DNA of 56,730 nucleotides from Candidatus Babelota bacterium (GTDB lineage Bacteria; Babelota; Babeliae; Babelales; Babelaceae): NCBI GenBank assembly GCA_013815795.1, contig JACDFK010000001.1, positions 1 to 56,730 of the forward strand, read 5' to 3'. Shown piece by piece: positions 55,068 to 56,730 of this stretch (position 1 is its first letter; each line of letters starts with the position of its first letter). The notes under the pieces were generated by a model. It saw only the letters and a program-made list of their open reading frames with translations, ran no database searches and was not told where the DNA came from. The position numbers and the translations under genes were made by a program.

Positions 55068-55289
55068 ATGGCAACCAAAAACCCAAGAATTAATGTAACT
55101 TTTGAAGAATCTACAGCAGGACTACTTTCTCATTTAGCCCATAAGGAAAACAAATCTGTAGCAAGTTTAGTACGAGAACTAGCTTTAGAAGCCCTCAAGA
55201 TGCGAGAAGATTTCTATTTATCTAAAATAGCAGAAGAACTTGATCAAGAAGGCGCTACAACTTGCGGACATGATGACGCGTGGAAATAA
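55068..55289 (+). CDS. Ribbon-helix-helix (CopG/RelB-type) antitoxin
   Basis: PRINVTFEESTAGLLSHLAHKENKSVASLVRELALEAL is a typical RHH N-terminus. It overlaps the downstream RelE-like gene by 10 nt. Confidence 0.75.
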   Translation: MATKNPRINVTFEESTAGLLSHLAHKENKSVASLVRELALEALKMREDFYLSKIAEELDQEGATTCGHDDAWK

Positions 55290-55555
55290 AATATTGCATA
55301 CGTTATCTACAAGACGTAGTAGATAAACAGATTAAATCTTTATCATCAACAGCTCAGGATTTAATCAAACGCGCTATTGAGGAGCTTTTAATGACCGATC
55401 CAATCAGTTTTGGGAAACCTTTACGCTATACTCTTAAAGGATACCGACGATTAAGAGTAGGCGATTACCGAATTGTTTATCGAATTGAAGCAGAAATAAA
55501 AACCGTTACTATTGTTGCTATTAAGCATAGGAAAACAATTTATAAAAACATGTAA
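55280..55555 (+). CDS. RelE/ParE-family type II toxin
   Basis: ...GKPLRYTLKGYRRLRVGDYRIVYRIEAEIKTVTIVAIKHRKTIY matches the RelE/StbE C-terminal pattern (R.GDYR(I/V).Y.I.....V.(I/V)..I.HR...Y). GTG start. Confidence 0.8.
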   Translation: MEIKYCIRYLQDVVDKQIKSLSSTAQDLIKRAIEELLMTDPISFGKPLRYTLKGYRRLRVGDYRIVYRIEAEIKTVTIVAIKHRKTIYKNM

Positions 55556-55734
55556 AATTATTGAAATAATAAATAGAGAAATATAAATGCTTTAGCCAAT
55601 CATTTACAATCACTTAATACAGAACTTATTCATTATATACAGATACATATATAAGCTTCCGACACTTTTTCAACAAATCAGATGAATCATAATCTATCTT
55701 AGATAAGGAGTATAGAAACCTACGGAAAACCCGT

Positions 55735-56718
55735 AGTTAACGCGATTTCGGGTTAAGCTGGAATAGCCATTTTTTTTCTTTCAGAAGGCTTATTCTCCCG
55801 AAAAATATACGCTATAATACAAGAATAGACGTTTAGTGAAAGAGTTTTAGGACTTCGGTATCGTGAATGTTCTATGTTATAACGGCATTTGAGCAGGCTC
55901 CCAATAGACTCAATCATTCCTCTTTTTCGGAGCATTATTTTGTCTGTCATATCCATAAGTATGTTTTTCATGTTTTTCCGTATTTTAGTAACCAGGTGAA
56001 TCCCTTTAGAATAGAGCTTTTTAAAGAGTTCTTCCTTCATAAGATATCACTTATCTGCATACACTTTTCCCCGTACATTAGACATCACAGTAGTCAGTAG
56101 CTCAGCATTATTATCAGCTACATTACCTGAAGTAAGCATGAAGTCGACTATTTCTCCTTAGCTGTGCACCACAAGATGAAGCTTACCCCCCAAAGAACCA
56201 TCCCACAATGGTTTTACCTAGTTCTGCAAGGCCTTTAAACACTTTATGTGACGGTATTCTTTTAGGATGACTTACTTTCAAAAAAAAGCTATCGATATAA
56301 GGAATTCCGTCGCACGCGTATTTTCCAAAGATTTTTGCAAGTAGTGTAAGAGGAAGAATCGCTCTTTCATGTAGTTCAATAAAGCGGTTATAACTTGGTT
56401 GTTTTGGGAAGCCTGATCTAATCTGACCAGAGCGCATATAGAAATCTTTAAATGTCTTAAAACCTGACATATGATAATACACAGTTAAAGTTATTATTTC
56501 ACTTAACGATAAACTTGCTGCTCTTGCGCGTTTTGGCTTGTCTGTTTCTAAAAGCACCACGCTAGTCGCTGTATTAAAAAGCTTACAATATTCGTCTCTA
56601 TGGTAGAAAATTGTAGTAAGGTCCATAGTGCTATCTTTCTTTTAAGGGTTGAATTTTAAAAAAAGATTACCACCATGGGCTTTTTTTGTAACTTTCTTAT
56701 CCCGAACTCACGTTAGTT
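55735..56718 (-). mobile_element. IS982-family insertion sequence (~1 kb), degraded
   Basis: Imperfect terminal inverted repeats agttaacgcgatttcgggttaa (55735-55756) and ttatcccgaactcacgttagtt (56697-56718), with about 17 of 22 positions complementary. They bracket a broken IS982-type transposase gene. Confidence 0.65.
55753..56626 (-). pseudogene. IS982-family DDE transposase, inactivated by one frameshift and two stop codons
   Basis: N-part SLSEIITLTVYYHMSGFKTFKDFY...PSYNRFIEL...GIPYIDSFFLKV...HKVF...GKTIVGWFFGG-stop at a G-run. It continues out of frame as KLHLVVHS-stop-GEIVDFMLTSGNVADNN...GKVYADK-stop-YLMKEELFKKLYSKGIHLVTKIRKNMK...LRKRGMIESIGSLLK..NIEHSRYRS. Confidence 0.75.
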
Positions 56719-56730
56719 AGTAAAAGCAGA

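Overview
AT-rich bacterial chromosome segment in which conserved housekeeping genes alternate with host-interaction and accessory genes. Housekeeping: der, dnaX, tRNA-Ser, rpsB, trxB, lon, recJ, cmk, lysS, two Fe/Mn superoxide dismutases, ftsB-like, ctp. The accessory content points to an obligate intracellular, probably protist-associated, lifestyle (Dependentiae/TM6-like, environmental Chlamydiae or Rickettsiales-like). I cannot decide the lineage without a database search. That content includes three tandem TLC-family nucleotide (ATP/ADP) translocases, a class II Fic protein next to a 743-aa eukaryote-like LRR protein, and a leader-bearing J-domain protein interrupted at an A12 tract. It also includes six intact and three decayed WD40 beta-propeller genes, all intact ones with N-terminal hydrophobic leaders, and a three-member family of small secreted proteins. 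A leader-bearing Mn/Fe SOD and a thioredoxin reductase with a hydrophobic N-terminal extension are also present. Tandem duplication dominates: WD40 x2 pairs, small secreted proteins, NTT, SOD. Gene decay is also visible: WD40 relics, a Doc toxin relic, a recJ fragment and an IS982 pseudogene. The window starts inside an IS200/IS605-type tnpB and ends in a degraded IS982 element. Toxin-antitoxin material consists of an AbrB-type antitoxin with a truncated Doc, and an apparently intact RHH/RelE pair. No CRISPR array and no rRNA were seen. The signals I rate highest are listed here. (1) The three-module secreted WD40 family with conserved non-WD N- and C-terminal modules. (2) The 11-bp motif array between the LRR and fic genes. 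(3) The poly(A)-interrupted secreted J-domain gene. (4) The small secreted protein family. (5) The apparently extracytoplasmic redox enzymes. All functional calls rest on motif recognition by eye; no searches were run.
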